Numbered from the stretch's first letter, positions 9,258 through 19,036 are shown. The stretch is DNA of 64,000 nt from Candidatus Uhrbacteria bacterium RIFOXYB12_FULL_58_10 (GCA_943354165.1 CALRBH010000004.1:1049-65048); one strand, 5' to 3'. Numbers and translations are program-made. Notes: generated from the sequence alone by a model not told the origin.

Positions 9258-11018
9258 TTATTCTTCCTCAAGCTTAAGCCATTCCTTCTCTAACACCAAG
9301 GTCTCCTCATTGATCTCCGAGAGACGAGTGGCCTTTTCCGGCGCGTAATCCAAAGGATTCTCGAAGTAGTATTTCAAGATCACACTTTTTTCCTTATCGA
9401 GCTTTTCCATCTTGTCCTCGATTTTCTGCTGGGCTCGGCGCTTGGTCCGTTGCATCCAAGCACGCTCTTTACGCTCGGTCGCCTCCCCGTCGCTCGCGGC
9501 ACTCTGCGGCTCCCCAAGTGTGCGTTCTTCCGCAAACGCAGCAAGGTCGGCCACGTACTCTTCGTAAGTTCCAGTATACAGACGCATGGTTCCCGCATGT
9601 ACTTCGTAGACCGTATCGATCAGGGCGTTCATGAAACTTCGGGCGTGAGAAACAATAAACACCGTGCCAGGATATTCTTTGAGTGCCTGCGCTAATACAT
9701 CGACGGTTTCCGAATCTAAGTGGTTGGTCGGCTCGTCGAGAATAAGGACGTTGTGTTCGCGGAGAACGAGCGATGCCAGACGAACGCGAGCGCGCTCGCC
9801 ACCCGAGAGGACCCCACAAGGCTTTTCAAGATCATCCTCCCGAAATAGGAACGCACCTGCAGCCGTCAGGATGCGTTCTCCGGAAGCCTCGGGTGGTGCC
9901 GCACGTGAAAGTGCTTGTAAGACCGTTTCATGCGCCAGAAGCGTATCCTCCGACTGCTGCGAGAAGTAGCCGATATCCGCGCGATGCCACCACTTAAACG
10001 TACCGTCGATCACAGGAATACGTCCGGCAAGCGTCTTCAGGAGCGTGGTTTTCCCGTGACCGTTTTCCCCTACGATGGCCACCTTCTTCCCACGGTTTAT
10101 TTCGAAATTAATGTCGCGAGCAACGGCGACTCCGTCATACCCAATCGCCAGATCGTTCGCGCGAACGGCAAAACCCGCACTCACAGGTGGGCAAGGAATA
10201 CGGAACGACGTTACTGGAAGGCCCGTCTTCACGTCCTTAAGTTGGGATCGTAAACGAGTGATGTGCTTCAGCTTGTTTTGCGCACGCGAGGACAGAGATG
10301 CCTTGGCGCGGAAACGGTCCGCAAACGCCTGGGCATCCGCGATGTCACGCCGAATCCGTTTGTTGGTTCGTTTCGCATACTCGACCTGCTCATCCTTCCA
10401 TTCCAGGTAAGTCAGGAGATCGCCGGGAAACTCGACGAGCTCACCGCCTGCCACTTCCCAGGTTTGCGTGCACACATTCTGCATCGCCTCACGATCGTGC
10501 GAGGTCATGATGAATGCGCCTGGGTATGTTTTCAAAAAAGCTTCGAGAAGCAGAAGCGTGGGAAGGTCGAGGTAGTTCATCGGCTCATCGAGCAAGAGCA
10601 AAGTAGGTGCATCAAGCAACATGCGCACGAGCTTTACGCGCATCTGGTACCCACCGGAAAGGGAATGTGGCGGGAGCGCGAGGTCGCGCGGCTGCAGGCC
10701 AAAACGGGCGCCAAGTTTCGAACATTCCCATTCCTGCTTACCGCTCCCAATCGATAAATACTCCAGCGTCGTCCCATGTTCCGGAAGCACCTCATGCTGA
10801 CGCAGAACCCCAAGCCTTGCCCATGGCATGAGACGCACCGTTCCGGAATCTGCCTCCTCATCAAGCGAAAGCAATCGAAGCAAGGTGGTCTTCCCGGCGC
10901 CGTTGCGGCCGATGAGACCGATGTGGGCGCCCTCAGGGACGACAAACGAAACATCGCGCAGCACCTGCTGGCGTCCGTAGGTTTTTGAGAGGCCGCTGGC
11001 TTCGAGTAATGGACGCAT
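9258..11018 (-). CDS. ABC-F family ATPase (586 aa)
   Basis: Two ABC domains (GRNGAGKTT; GENGHGKTT), LSGGY/LSGGE signatures, C-terminal charged coiled coil. Confidence 0.75.
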   Translation of the reverse strand: MRPLLEASGLSKTYGRQQVLRDVSFVVPEGAHIGLIGRNGAGKTTLLRLLSLDEEADSGTVRLMPWARLGVLRQHEVLPEHGTTLEYLSIGSGKQEWECSKLGARFGLQPRDLALPPHSLSGGYQMRVKLVRMLLDAPTLLLLDEPMNYLDLPTLLLLEAFLKTYPGAFIMTSHDREAMQNVCTQTWEVAGGELVEFPGDLLTYLEWKDEQVEYAKRTNKRIRRDIADAQAFADRFRAKASLSSRAQNKLKHITRLRSQLKDVKTGLPVTSFRIPCPPVSAGFAVRANDLAIGYDGVAVARDINFEINRGKKVAIVGENGHGKTTLLKTLAGRIPVIDGTFKWWHRADIGYFSQQSEDTLLAHETVLQALSRAAPPEASGERILTAAGAFLFREDDLEKPCGVLSGGERARVRLASLVLREHNVLILDEPTNHLDSETVDVLAQALKEYPGTVFIVSHARSFMNALIDTVYEVHAGTMRLYTGTYEEYVADLAAFAEERTLGEPQSAASDGEATERKERAWMQRTKRRAQQKIEDKMEKLDKEKSVILKYYFENPLDYAPEKATRLSEINEETLVLEKEWLKLEEE

Positions 11019-11076
11019 GAGCAGGATCCTACCATCTTTGACGAAAAGGAAATATTCTGGTTGAATATCTAATTGT

Positions 11077-11592
11077 ATGAATCATGAGGTCGCAGAATGG
11101 GGAAAAAAATACGGGAAGCACGTCGTTGAGGCCATAGCTGTCCTCACCGTCGCGATTTTTCTCATTACCCTCGTCTGGGGCCCGTCACCAGCACAGGCAC
11201 CCGCAACCACATCCGAGGTTACCCCGGATGCAGCGCTTCCTGAGGCTACCATCGCTCCTGCCGCCGATGGAACCACTCCGAAAGTAACGCCGCCGGCACC
11301 CGCTCCTGTCAAAACCGTTTCCAAGCCACTCACGTATGAGCAGGCGATTACACAATACGGGAAGTACCGAATTCAGTTTGTGCACTGCAACGGTCAACCT
11401 GGATCCATGAACGTCCCGGTCGGCGTGAAAGTTATGCTCGACAACCGAGACACCATTGCCCACACAGTCAAAGTCGGCACCAAATCATATAAGCTCCCGG
11501 CGCTCGGATTCGCCATCGCTTCCATGACCTCCTTGGGAGAACAGGCAGTTTTGTGTGACGGCGGCGGCGCATCGACGATCAACGTCCAATAA
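11077..11592 (+). CDS. hypothetical membrane-anchored protein with Pro/Thr/Ala-rich linker
   Basis: N-terminal TM helix, PAxTT low-complexity linker, C-terminal ~90 aa globular segment; no family recognised. Confidence 0.4.
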   Translation: MNHEVAEWGKKYGKHVVEAIAVLTVAIFLITLVWGPSPAQAPATTSEVTPDAALPEATIAPAADGTTPKVTPPAPAPVKTVSKPLTYEQAITQYGKYRIQFVHCNGQPGSMNVPVGVKVMLDNRDTIAHTVKVGTKSYKLPALGFAIASMTSLGEQAVLCDGGGASTINVQ

Positions 11593-11599
11593 TCTTCCT

Positions 11600-12001
11600 A
11601 TGCAAGATGTTCCCATGAAGAGGTCGGAAGATGAATGGAAGAAGGAACTTACCCCTGAGCAATATCGCGTTCTGCGCGAGAAGGGAACAGAAGCTCCATT
11701 CACTGGAAAGCTTCTCGAAGACCATTACGACGGAATGTTCCGCTGTGCAGCATGCGGGAATGAGCTCTTTAAGAGCGATGCAAAATTCGATAGTGGAACC
11801 GGATGGCCGAGCTTCGACGCTCCCGTTGCGGAAAAGCGCATCAAGCTGATCGTCGATGAAACTCACGGGATGAAGCGCATGGAGGTTGTGTGCGCCAATT
11901 GCGGTTCCCACCTAGGACACGTCTTCGATGACGGTCCGACGTCCACGGGCAAGCGCTTCTGCATCAACTCGGTCTGTTTACTGAAAACCCCAGGCGCTTA
12001 G
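11600..12001 (+). CDS. msrB: peptide-methionine (R)-S-oxide reductase MsrB
   Basis: Two CxxC pairs ([21 protein letters not shown]) and GWPSF motif. Confidence 0.8.
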   Translation: MQDVPMKRSEDEWKKELTPEQYRVLREKGTEAPFTGKLLEDHYDGMFRCAACGNELFKSDAKFDSGTGWPSFDAPVAEKRIKLIVDETHGMKRMEVVCANCGSHLGHVFDDGPTSTGKRFCINSVCLLKTPGA

Positions 12002-12016
12002 CCCGGGGTTTTTGCT
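11984..12016. terminator. bidirectional hairpin between convergent msrB and flavoprotein genes
   Basis: AAAA-CCCCAGGC-GCTTA-GCCCGGGG-TTTTT. Confidence 0.45.
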
Positions 12017-12720
12017 TGCAGGTCGTAGCCCCTGCGAACTCGCACGAGGCCATCGACCATCTCCTTGTACGCACGTTCGATCTCTACCGCATCGTCCTTG
12101 AATCGGTCCGTTGTCTTCGCCATCTCCTCGTTGTACCAGCCGCCGGAGGTCCATCCTACGAAGGCGCGTTTGCCGAAGGAGAATCCCATCTGGCTCCAAA
12201 AGGAGAAAAGCTCGCCTGCCACATGCTGCACATTATCCTGGCCGCCTACGATGATGAAGCCTGCTGGTTTCTCGCCAATCAAATCCTTGCCGTACAGGGC
12301 ATGCTGATTTTCGACACAGTTGAGGCGCTGAGCCATTTGATAATAGAGGGAAGCGGCGCTGCCCCAGCGAATCGGGGTAGCCACGATCAGCGCATCGCAC
12401 CAGTTCGTAAGGCCTTCATAAATGGCACCCATGCCATCATCCGGATAGCGCTGCTGCAGCCAGCACGGCCAGGTGCAGTATTCGCTCTTGATGGAGTAGT
12501 TCGCCTCGCAGTGGCGCATAGTGAGGTCGCGCAGCTTGATGGTCATGGTGTCCGCGCCATGGACGGTCTTCGCGTACTCAAGCGCGGCGAGCAGGGTTTT
12601 CTCGGACGTCGGGACCCGGACGTTCTTGTCATCGGGATTAACCGTTGAGCAGGAGATACCGAGGATGCGAAGTGGTTTGGTGGGAGACGACATAGTGCGG
12701 TCAGTATACACTATGGCCAC
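11998..12720 (-). CDS. flavodoxin-like fold NAD(P)H-dependent FMN reductase / NAD(P)H:quinone oxidoreductase family protein
   Basis: N-terminal [17 protein letters not shown]... and glycine-rich FIIVGGQDN typical of the flavodoxin-like FMN reductase fold. Confidence 0.5.
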   Translation of the reverse strand: MAIVYTDRTMSSPTKPLRILGISCSTVNPDDKNVRVPTSEKTLLAALEYAKTVHGADTMTIKLRDLTMRHCEANYSIKSEYCTWPCWLQQRYPDDGMGAIYEGLTNWCDALIVATPIRWGSAASLYYQMAQRLNCVENQHALYGKDLIGEKPAGFIIVGGQDNVQHVAGELFSFWSQMGFSFGKRAFVGWTSGGWYNEEMAKTTDRFKDDAVEIERAYKEMVDGLVRVRRGYDLQAKTPG

Positions 12721-13300
12721 TGTGTCTGTGACCTACGCTATCCACCGCTCCACCCGTTGCCGAGGGATCCGACTCACTGTGAAGCCGGACGGTTCGGTTC
12801 GCATAAGCGCTCATCCCCGCGAACCTCTCGGGAGGATCAAACGCTTCCTTGAGGAGAAGACGCCGTGGATCGTAAAGACGATCGAGAAAATAAAGGCTCG
12901 TGGTCTGTGTACCCCGCTACGAGGTCCTGATATGGAATATCGCCGTTACAAATCCCGCGCGCTTTTGTATCTGCGCACCCGCACAAAAAAGCTTGCAAAA
13001 CAAACCGGGTTCACCCCCAAAAACGTTCGCATTCGTAATGCCAGCAGCCGATGGGGAAGCTGTTCGCGCAAAGGCGAACTTATGCTGCACTACCGTCTCG
13101 TATTCCTGCCGCCGGACCTGTGCGACTACGTCATCCTGCATGAGCTCTGCCACCTCATGCATTTCAACCATTCCAAATCGTTTTGGGCCTTACTCTCGCA
13201 GTTCGTGCCTGCCTGTGTTAGCATGCGCCGAATCTTACACAAGGACGGGGCGCGACTCGCCTCCGAAGCGGCTGCCCATTATGGCGCGAATCAACCCTGA
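12713..13300 (+). CDS. YgjP/DUF45-like metal-dependent hydrolase (HExxH)
   Basis: HELCHLMHFNHSKSFWALL zincin motif; start moved to first ATG after the upstream convergent gene. Confidence 0.55.
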   Translation: MATVSVTYAIHRSTRCRGIRLTVKPDGSVRISAHPREPLGRIKRFLEEKTPWIVKTIEKIKARGLCTPLRGPDMEYRRYKSRALLYLRTRTKKLAKQTGFTPKNVRIRNASSRWGSCSRKGELMLHYRLVFLPPDLCDYVILHELCHLMHFNHSKSFWALLSQFVPACVSMRRILHKDGARLASEAAAHYGANQP

Positions 13301-14183
13301 GTTTTTAGACCGAATAGAGCACCAGTACGGAAAGAGCTCTGCCGACGCCATCGTGGCGGCTTTTAAGTATCAGCGCCTTCCGACGATACGGACAAATACC
13401 TTAAAGACCACAGACGATGCGGTGATGCAAGCGTTTCGTGACGATGCAATTCAATTCGAGCGGGTCGCAAAAATTCCCCACACGTTCTTTATCAAGAACC
13501 GAAAGGATTCTGAAATGCTCGAACACCACCTCATGTTGAGCGGTCAGATCTACATGCAGGGAATTGCCTCAATGCTTCCTGTTCTTGTGCTCGATCCGAA
13601 ACCCGGCGAGGCGATTCTAGATCTCTGCGCCGCACCTGGATCCAAGACTACGCAGATCGCCTCCATTATGAAGGGGACCGGTAAGGTCGTTGCGGTTGAG
13701 GAAAATGAAATCCGATTCCAGAAGCTGAAGAACAGCGTCTGGATGCAGGGAGCCAAGGACGTCGAGCTCATGCATGCAGACGGGACTCTTCTCCATTACG
13801 ATTTCGCCGGCAAGTTCGATCGAGTTCTCGTCGATGCGCCTTGTTCCGCAGAAGGTCGAATTGATCTTCGTGACGCGCGATCCTTCTCATTTTGGTCGAC
13901 GAAAAATATCGGGATCCAAGCCAAGCTCCAGCGTCGATTGCTTCGATCGGCTGTCAGGTGTTTGAAACCTGGCGGCACCCTAGTATATTCGACCTGTACA
14001 CTAGCACCGGAAGAGAACGAACTGATGGTGGATTGGGCCTTCTCTGAATTCCCTGAACTTCTCCCGCTTCCTGTGGAACTCCCAGTCGCGACCACGAGAA
14101 CGCTCCGAAAGAATGCGGCCATCGCCTTGCCGACGAAGGAACATGAAGGTTCTTTCGTGGCACGATTCCGTCTGCATGATTAG
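13281..14183 (+). CDS. RsmB/Sun (NOL1/NOP2) family RNA m5C methyltransferase, catalytic domain only
   Basis: DLCAAPGSKT SAM motif, DAPCSAEG and YSTCTL catalytic cysteines; ATG 13281 overlaps the DUF45 gene end by 20 nt. Confidence 0.7.
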   Translation: MARINPEFLDRIEHQYGKSSADAIVAAFKYQRLPTIRTNTLKTTDDAVMQAFRDDAIQFERVAKIPHTFFIKNRKDSEMLEHHLMLSGQIYMQGIASMLPVLVLDPKPGEAILDLCAAPGSKTTQIASIMKGTGKVVAVEENEIRFQKLKNSVWMQGAKDVELMHADGTLLHYDFAGKFDRVLVDAPCSAEGRIDLRDARSFSFWSTKNIGIQAKLQRRLLRSAVRCLKPGGTLVYSTCTLAPEENELMVDWAFSEFPELLPLPVELPVATTRTLRKNAAIALPTKEHEGSFVARFRLHD

Positions 14184-14203
14184 CCCTGTACAATAGGTCG
14201 CGT

Positions 14204-15181
14204 ATGTTGCCCACATCTCTCATTCGTATCCAGGCAAAGAACAACAAGGCCTATGGGGAAGCTCTCGGGGAGCTTTTCGGTGACCACGTCCGCACCTTGT
14301 TGTTGCGAGAACAGAAGAAAGATTGGCCTGTGAGGGTAAAACAAGCCATGGCGTACTGGTCTGTCTCAAAGCGGTATTTCCCGCAGTACATCGAAGAAAC
14401 AGAGGCGTACGCGCGTGCCTGTGGAATTAAGTCCCAAGATCTCTGGACTCTAGGCCTCGAGCTTTCTTTGGATACGGATCGCTGCACAGCCCTAGTTACG
14501 CAGAAGGGAAGGTTGGTTGGACACGTAGAGGATTTTGATCCAAAAACAAAGGACGATATCGTCCTCATCGAACGAACGATAGGATCGACGACTGTTTTGG
14601 AACTTTGTTATGTCTATACGCTCGGGGGGAACGCCGCTTCCATCAATTCACACGGCTGGGTTCAATTGATCAATACCGTGCATTCCACTCGTGCTAGGCG
14701 AGGTGTCCCAAAAAACCTCATTGCTCGTTGGTTATCGGAGACGTCTTCTCCGGAAAAGGATGTTGCACACCTTGCACATATCCCTCGATGTGAAGGCTAT
14801 GCCCATACGTTCATCCAGGCAAAAACAGGCAAGGTATCTCTGCTCGAATCCTCAGCGAAGCGTCTTGTGTTGGAGTCGATTCCGAGCCCAACAACCCATA
14901 CGAACCATTTTATCCTTCCAGGCATGATGGAGAGTGAAGCGTTCGTCTCTCTGTCTTCTCGAGAGCGGCACACCGTAGCCAATTCTCGCCTGAAACCTGA
15001 AACATCCCTTGGAAGTTTGAAACGAATCATGTCAGATACAAGCCGGGGAAAACACACGAGTATATTTAACGAGGATACCGTCGCAAAAATCATCTTTGAT
15101 CATGAAGCAAAACAGGCCCACACCTGGTTCGCCCGGAACGCCAAGCAGGGATATACGAAAACTCCGCTAGGATTTCTCTAA
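14204..15181 (+). CDS. putative Ntn-hydrolase, peptidase C45 / acyl-CoA:6-APA acyltransferase-like
   Basis: Candidate nucleophile in DRCTALV followed ~20 aa later by HVEDFD (cf. CT...NWDF of the family); tentative. Confidence 0.35.
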   Translation: MLPTSLIRIQAKNNKAYGEALGELFGDHVRTLLLREQKKDWPVRVKQAMAYWSVSKRYFPQYIEETEAYARACGIKSQDLWTLGLELSLDTDRCTALVTQKGRLVGHVEDFDPKTKDDIVLIERTIGSTTVLELCYVYTLGGNAASINSHGWVQLINTVHSTRARRGVPKNLIARWLSETSSPEKDVAHLAHIPRCEGYAHTFIQAKTGKVSLLESSAKRLVLESIPSPTTHTNHFILPGMMESEAFVSLSSRERHTVANSRLKPETSLGSLKRIMSDTSRGKHTSIFNEDTVAKIIFDHEAKQAHTWFARNAKQGYTKTPLGFL

Positions 15182-15196
15182 ATCCACCCCATGACG

Positions 15197-15225
15197 TTGA
15201 CAAAATCACCTCCTTCATGTATAGT
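15197..15225 (+). promoter_or_regulatory. strong sigma70 promoter for cspA (TTGACA-17-TATAGT), ~90-nt 5' UTR
   Basis: -35 15197-15202, -10 15220-15225; a long leader is typical of cold-shock genes. Confidence 0.6.
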
Positions 15226-15320
15226 GCTTTTGCAAATACAGCCCACGCGGACTTGAGTCGGAGTTCGGCAGGAGGCCAAGGTTTCGCAGCTAACTCACTC
15301 AAGACGTAAGCAAACTCTAT

Positions 15321-15521
15321 ATGATGATGGGTTCTATCAAGACTCTCACAGATAAGGGCTTCGGCTTCATCGCTCCAGACAATGGCGAGAAAGATCTTTT
15401 CTTTCACGCTTCCGGTCTCATGGGCGTAGCTTTCAACGAGCTCAACCGCGGCGACAAAGTGTCGTTCGAAGTTGAAGAGTCCGACAAAGGTCCTCGCGCA
15501 AACAACATCCAGCGCGCGTAA
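15321..15521 (+). CDS. cspA: cold-shock protein CspA family
   Basis: KGFGFI RNP1 and FFHAS RNP2 motifs, 66 aa. Confidence 0.85.
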   Translation: MMMGSIKTLTDKGFGFIAPDNGEKDLFFHASGLMGVAFNELNRGDKVSFEVEESDKGPRANNIQRA

Positions 15522-15522
15522 G

Positions 15523-15562
15523 CAAAATGTCCCGGCCTAACGGCTGGGACTTTTGTTTTTGC
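15523..15562 (+). terminator. rho-independent terminator after cspA; copy 1 of a 40-bp perfect direct repeat
   Basis: CAAAATGTCCCGGCCTAACGGCTGGGACTTTTGTTTTTGC: 9-bp stem, 4-nt loop, T-run. Confidence 0.65.
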
Positions 15563-15607
15563 CGTGGTATCATTTCCTCATAATATTTTATAAGGAAATA
15601 TGAGAAT

Positions 15608-16225
15608 ATGAGAAAGATTCTTGCTATCATGTTCGTGATGATGGGTTTTTTGCCCGCTGTCGCAAAAGCTGATTTTCTTCCGGATGATCATCACCAGATT
15701 ACTTCATGCGTACGGATCGATAACATTTCTGACTACCCAGATTATAATTTCGTACTTTCGGGGACATACAAGTTTCCATATTCCGCAAAGCTTTCAGGAA
15801 CTGAAGAGTGCGGTCACGGCGGCACAGCAAATATTCTTGCCATCAAGAAAACAGATTGGGGCAAGATAAAGTATGCCGCGAAAGGAACGGAAGAAGAAGG
15901 TGATTGGTCCATGAATCCAGCCAATGCAGCCTTGTTTGTCACCTCAAGCCTAAACCTAGAGCTTGAGACAGTTATCCCTGACACAGACCCAACGGTCCGA
16001 AAGTCTCATACAATCCACATCGATTCCGTAACAGACGAATCTGTCCGGGCGCATCTCGTACAGACTGAAACCACGGCAAAAGACGGCAGTAAAGACTTTG
16101 TTCTCGATCTTACTAATGAAGAGGATCGGGACTCGACCGATAATTCATCCTTGCTGATCCTCGCAGCACTTGTAGGCGGTGGCCTCCTTGGGCTCGGACT
16201 CGGATATCGTGCATGGAAGAAATAG
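15608..16225 (+). CDS. hypothetical secreted protein with C-terminal TM anchor and short basic tail
   Basis: Signal peptide MRKILAIMFVMMGFLPAVAKA; acidic middle; C-terminal LLILAALVGGGLLGLGLGYRAWKK; sits in an AT-richer segment. Confidence 0.4.
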   Translation: MRKILAIMFVMMGFLPAVAKADFLPDDHHQITSCVRIDNISDYPDYNFVLSGTYKFPYSAKLSGTEECGHGGTANILAIKKTDWGKIKYAAKGTEEEGDWSMNPANAALFVTSSLNLELETVIPDTDPTVRKSHTIHIDSVTDESVRAHLVQTETTAKDGSKDFVLDLTNEEDRDSTDNSSLLILAALVGGGLLGLGLGYRAWKK

Positions 16226-16515
16226 TATTCCTCGCTCTCACGATAGCGATCGAACTTCCGGTCGCTATCGCCCTGCTTCGTAGACACATTCCTTGGAAAC
16301 GTGTTGCCATCGTCGTTGTGTGCGTTAACATGATCACTCACCCAATTGGATGGTATGTAATTTCTGCGGGCGGCTCTTGGGGAGCTGTGGAGATCGGAGT
16401 TACGATCTTTGAGGCTCTCGTATTCGCAGGCATGTTCTCGTCGCGCCTACGGGCCGTCATAGCTGCATGCGTCATGAATGGAATAAGCGCAGCTTTAGGA
16501 GCTCTTCTGTCCTAG
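16213..16515 (+). CDS. hypothetical small membrane protein (3 predicted TM helices), overlaps upstream gene by 13 nt
   Basis: Hydrophobic 100-aa ORF co-oriented and overlapping with 15608-16225. Confidence 0.35.
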   Translation: MEEIVFLALTIAIELPVAIALLRRHIPWKRVAIVVVCVNMITHPIGWYVISAGGSWGAVEIGVTIFEALVFAGMFSSRLRAVIAACVMNGISAALGALLS

Positions 16516-16526
16516 GAGGAAGGTAA

Positions 16527-16566
16527 CAAAATGTCCCGGCCTAACGGCTGGGACTTTTGTTTTTGC
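16527..16566. terminator. bidirectional terminator; copy 2 of the same 40-bp direct repeat
   Basis: Identical 40 bp to 15523-15562; placed between convergent stops at 16515 and 16570. Confidence 0.65.
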
Positions 16567-16569
16567 GGA

Positions 16570-17382
16570 CTATTTGTACAGGCGGTGTTTAATTCGATCT
16601 TGAACGTGATAGGGGAACAGGCTCATGAAGCTGGAGAGGATCGATAGATACGCGGGCGCCGTGTATCTGACCTGCGGCCTCTTGGATTCAACCGCGTGAA
16701 TCATTGCTGGAAGGACAGCTTCTACGGGAGCCTGATCGCGGATCAACCGTGCATCCACCCGATCGATACGCGGCTTATCCTTCCAAAACAGAGACTTCGA
16801 CCCGAACCAGCTTTCCTTAGAGGCGATCATCCGTTCATTGAACCCCGTGGCAATGGCGCCAGGCTCAATCAAACTGACCTTGATACCGAAGGGCGCGAGT
16901 TCAAGACGAAGATCGTCGCTGGCAACTTCGACCGCATATTTGGTCATGCCGTATGGCCCGAAGAAGGGAACGGAGAAGATTCCCGCCATAGAGCTTACAT
17001 TGATGATCCGCCCGCTTCCGCGTTCCATCATGGCGGGAATAGCCGCCTGGGCAACAGCGATATAGGAGACGACGTTCAGTTCATGAACGTCGCGTAAAAC
17101 GTCGAGCGGGACGTCGGACAATGGACCGGACTGGCCTTCAGCCGCATTATTGATAACGATCTCCGGTGCCCATGCAGAAATCTGCGCCCGATCGGCTTCC
17201 GACGTTACGTCGAGTCGATGAGTCGTAAGGGTCACGCCCGCGTCGGCAACCAATCGATTCAGCATCGCAACGTCCGCATCCGTTTTCGCGGTAGCGATCA
17301 CTGTGTGCCCACGTTTCGCAAGGGCAAACGCCGTCGCCTTTCCAATGCCTGTAGCCGCTCCAGTAATGAGAATAGTTGCCAT
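16570..17382 (-). CDS. short-chain dehydrogenase/reductase (SDR) family oxidoreductase
   Basis: TGAATGIGKA Rossmann motif, YGMTKYAVE catalytic Yxxx K motif. Confidence 0.75.
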   Translation of the reverse strand: MATILITGAATGIGKATAFALAKRGHTVIATAKTDADVAMLNRLVADAGVTLTTHRLDVTSEADRAQISAWAPEIVINNAAEGQSGPLSDVPLDVLRDVHELNVVSYIAVAQAAIPAMMERGSGRIINVSSMAGIFSVPFFGPYGMTKYAVEVASDDLRLELAPFGIKVSLIEPGAIATGFNERMIASKESWFGSKSLFWKDKPRIDRVDARLIRDQAPVEAVLPAMIHAVESKRPQVRYTAPAYLSILSSFMSLFPYHVQDRIKHRLYK

Positions 17383-17446
17383 AGTGGAAGAAGGATACCA
17401 CGAAGGCTTGCCAGCGAGGCAAAAACGTGGAAAGATAGCTCGTCAT

Positions 17447-18502
17447 ATGGCCCTCGAAGCTCGTACAATCTCCATTCCTCGCGTCCTCGCAGACGCACCG
17501 TCCTATCGCCTCAAGCAGGCAGAGGATGGGTTGTTCTCGTTGACGAAGAAAAGTTGGGAGGAGGTCGGCGTCCTGCCGAAGCCACTGCGGGATGCGCTTA
17601 CCGCCAGCGTGCCGTGGATGTCAGTGAAACTGTTCCATGTAGCCACAAGCGCCAAAGGTGACACGCACAAGGCTATTCTCGAACTCGGCGATGGAACCAA
17701 GATCGAATCCGTCCTCATGGCCAACAAGCGAGGATGGTGGACGATTTGTGTTTCAAGCCAGGTCGGCTGTGCCATGCGCTGTACGTTCTGTGCAACTGGG
17801 AAGATGGGCCTGACCCGAAACCTTCTCGCAGACGAGATCGTCGATCAATATCGATATTGGGCTTCCTATGTTCACGCCCGGCCAGAAATGCCGCAGCTCA
17901 TCAGCAACATCGTCTTCATGGGCATGGGCGAGCCGCTCGCGAACTACATCGAAGTGCGGAATGCGAACAACACAATTCTCGCTCACACGGAAATGGGGCC
18001 AACGAACATCACGGTTTCGACCGTAGGTGTCCTTCCGCGCCTTGAACAGCTTTTGAATGATCCTGAGTGGCCTCCAGTCCGCGTAGCCGTTTCGCTCCAC
18101 AGCGCGATCGCGAAAACTCGCAAAGAGATCGTCCCAACCTCATATGATGATTTTCTCCCAAAGCTTGAGGAATGGACCCATAAGTACTTCGAGAAATTCG
18201 ACACACGCAGCCGCCACCTCACCTTCGAGTACGTAATGCTCGGGGGAGTGAACGACACCACAGAACATGCGAAGGCTCTCGCCGCGTTCGTGCAGCGCTG
18301 CGGCAAGGTAAAGGTGAACCTGATTCCATATAACTTCACCGACAGCGAATTTCTGCGGTCGACGGACGCACACATTCGATCGTTCATGGACGCGCTTGAG
18401 GCGGGTGGTGTAATCGTCACGCAGCGTAAGACGATGGGAGACGACATTGCGGCCGCATGCGGACAATTGATTGTTGAGAAAAAAGAGAGCCCCACTGTTT
18501 AA
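17447..18502 (+). CDS. rlmN: radical SAM 23S rRNA (A2503-C2) methyltransferase RlmN/Cfr family
   Basis: CVSSQVGCAMRCTFCATG radical-SAM CxxxCxxC cluster; conserved downstream Cys; start at first ATG clear of the divergent SDR gene. Confidence 0.8.
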   Translation: MALEARTISIPRVLADAPSYRLKQAEDGLFSLTKKSWEEVGVLPKPLRDALTASVPWMSVKLFHVATSAKGDTHKAILELGDGTKIESVLMANKRGWWTICVSSQVGCAMRCTFCATGKMGLTRNLLADEIVDQYRYWASYVHARPEMPQLISNIVFMGMGEPLANYIEVRNANNTILAHTEMGPTNITVSTVGVLPRLEQLLNDPEWPPVRVAVSLHSAIAKTRKEIVPTSYDDFLPKLEEWTHKYFEKFDTRSRHLTFEYVMLGGVNDTTEHAKALAAFVQRCGKVKVNLIPYNFTDSEFLRSTDAHIRSFMDALEAGGVIVTQRKTMGDDIAAACGQLIVEKKESPTV

Positions 18503-18511
18503 TCAGTGGGG
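18490..18511. terminator. perfect 8-bp-stem hairpin spanning the convergent stop codons of rlmN and the TAG-interrupted gene
   Basis: CCCCACTG-TTTAAT-CAGTGGGG. Confidence 0.4.
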
Positions 18512-19036
18512 CTTCGGCATTTTCTTGCCGGGAGACGTGTCTTCTTCCGCCAGCTCCTCTTGGGTTTTCACTCTATAAGGTGGCTTGATGGCCATGATAA
18601 TGCAGTTCGCAAAGTGCGAGGAGTATTCTTCTGGATTCGTAGCTACGGTGAATTCATTCAGCTCTGGCGCGCTATTTGCAAAGATCCATAGAGCGTTTTC
18701 CATGGTTTCGCGCGGGTGTTCTTCAAAAAAACCGTGAAGCTGCATGAGGAACTTATCCGTTTCCTGCATGTGTTCCGCATGCTCTCCATCTAACTGCTGG
18801 CAAGCGTAGTCAAGGCACTTCCAGACCGCGGCCTTGATTCCGTCCCGACGATCCCGGAGTGGACGCAGGGCAGAGACAACCTTACTAAGCTTTGGTTCCG
18901 GAAAATATCTCTACAGCATGTCCCGAGCGCGCTCATCGCTCTCTGGAAACATGTCGTGAATGGCCGTAGCGGCCGCATTGATGATCTGCATTCGATCAGC
19001 CCCTGATTCGGCTGAGTCATCTTGTTTCTTACTCAT
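18503..19036 (-). pseudogene. 177-codon ORF with strong SD interrupted by a single in-frame TAG at codon 42 (18911-18913); downstream part is the annotated 88-aa ORF 18503-18769
   Basis: ATG 19036 preceded by GAGGAGG; translation MSKKQDD...ARDML-stop-RYFPEPK...MQETDKF... is continuous in one frame apart from that TAG. Confidence 0.4.

Noticed and set aside
15523-16566. The 40-bp direct repeats as integron attC sites or IS terminal repeats
   Set aside because: The repeat is a simple terminator hairpin plus T-run, not an imperfect attC palindrome. No integrase or transposase is encoded in or near the cassette.
18911-18913. In-frame TAG as evidence of an alternative genetic code
   Set aside because: TAG terminates several well-conserved genes here (atpG at 34191-34193, pepA at 23160-23162, clpB at 60826-60828, the cupin at 54024-54026).
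18790-19020. ORF-track entry 18790-19020 (minus, 76 aa)
   Set aside because: It is an out-of-frame artefact of the TAG-interrupted gene 18503-19036; its translation is not protein-like.
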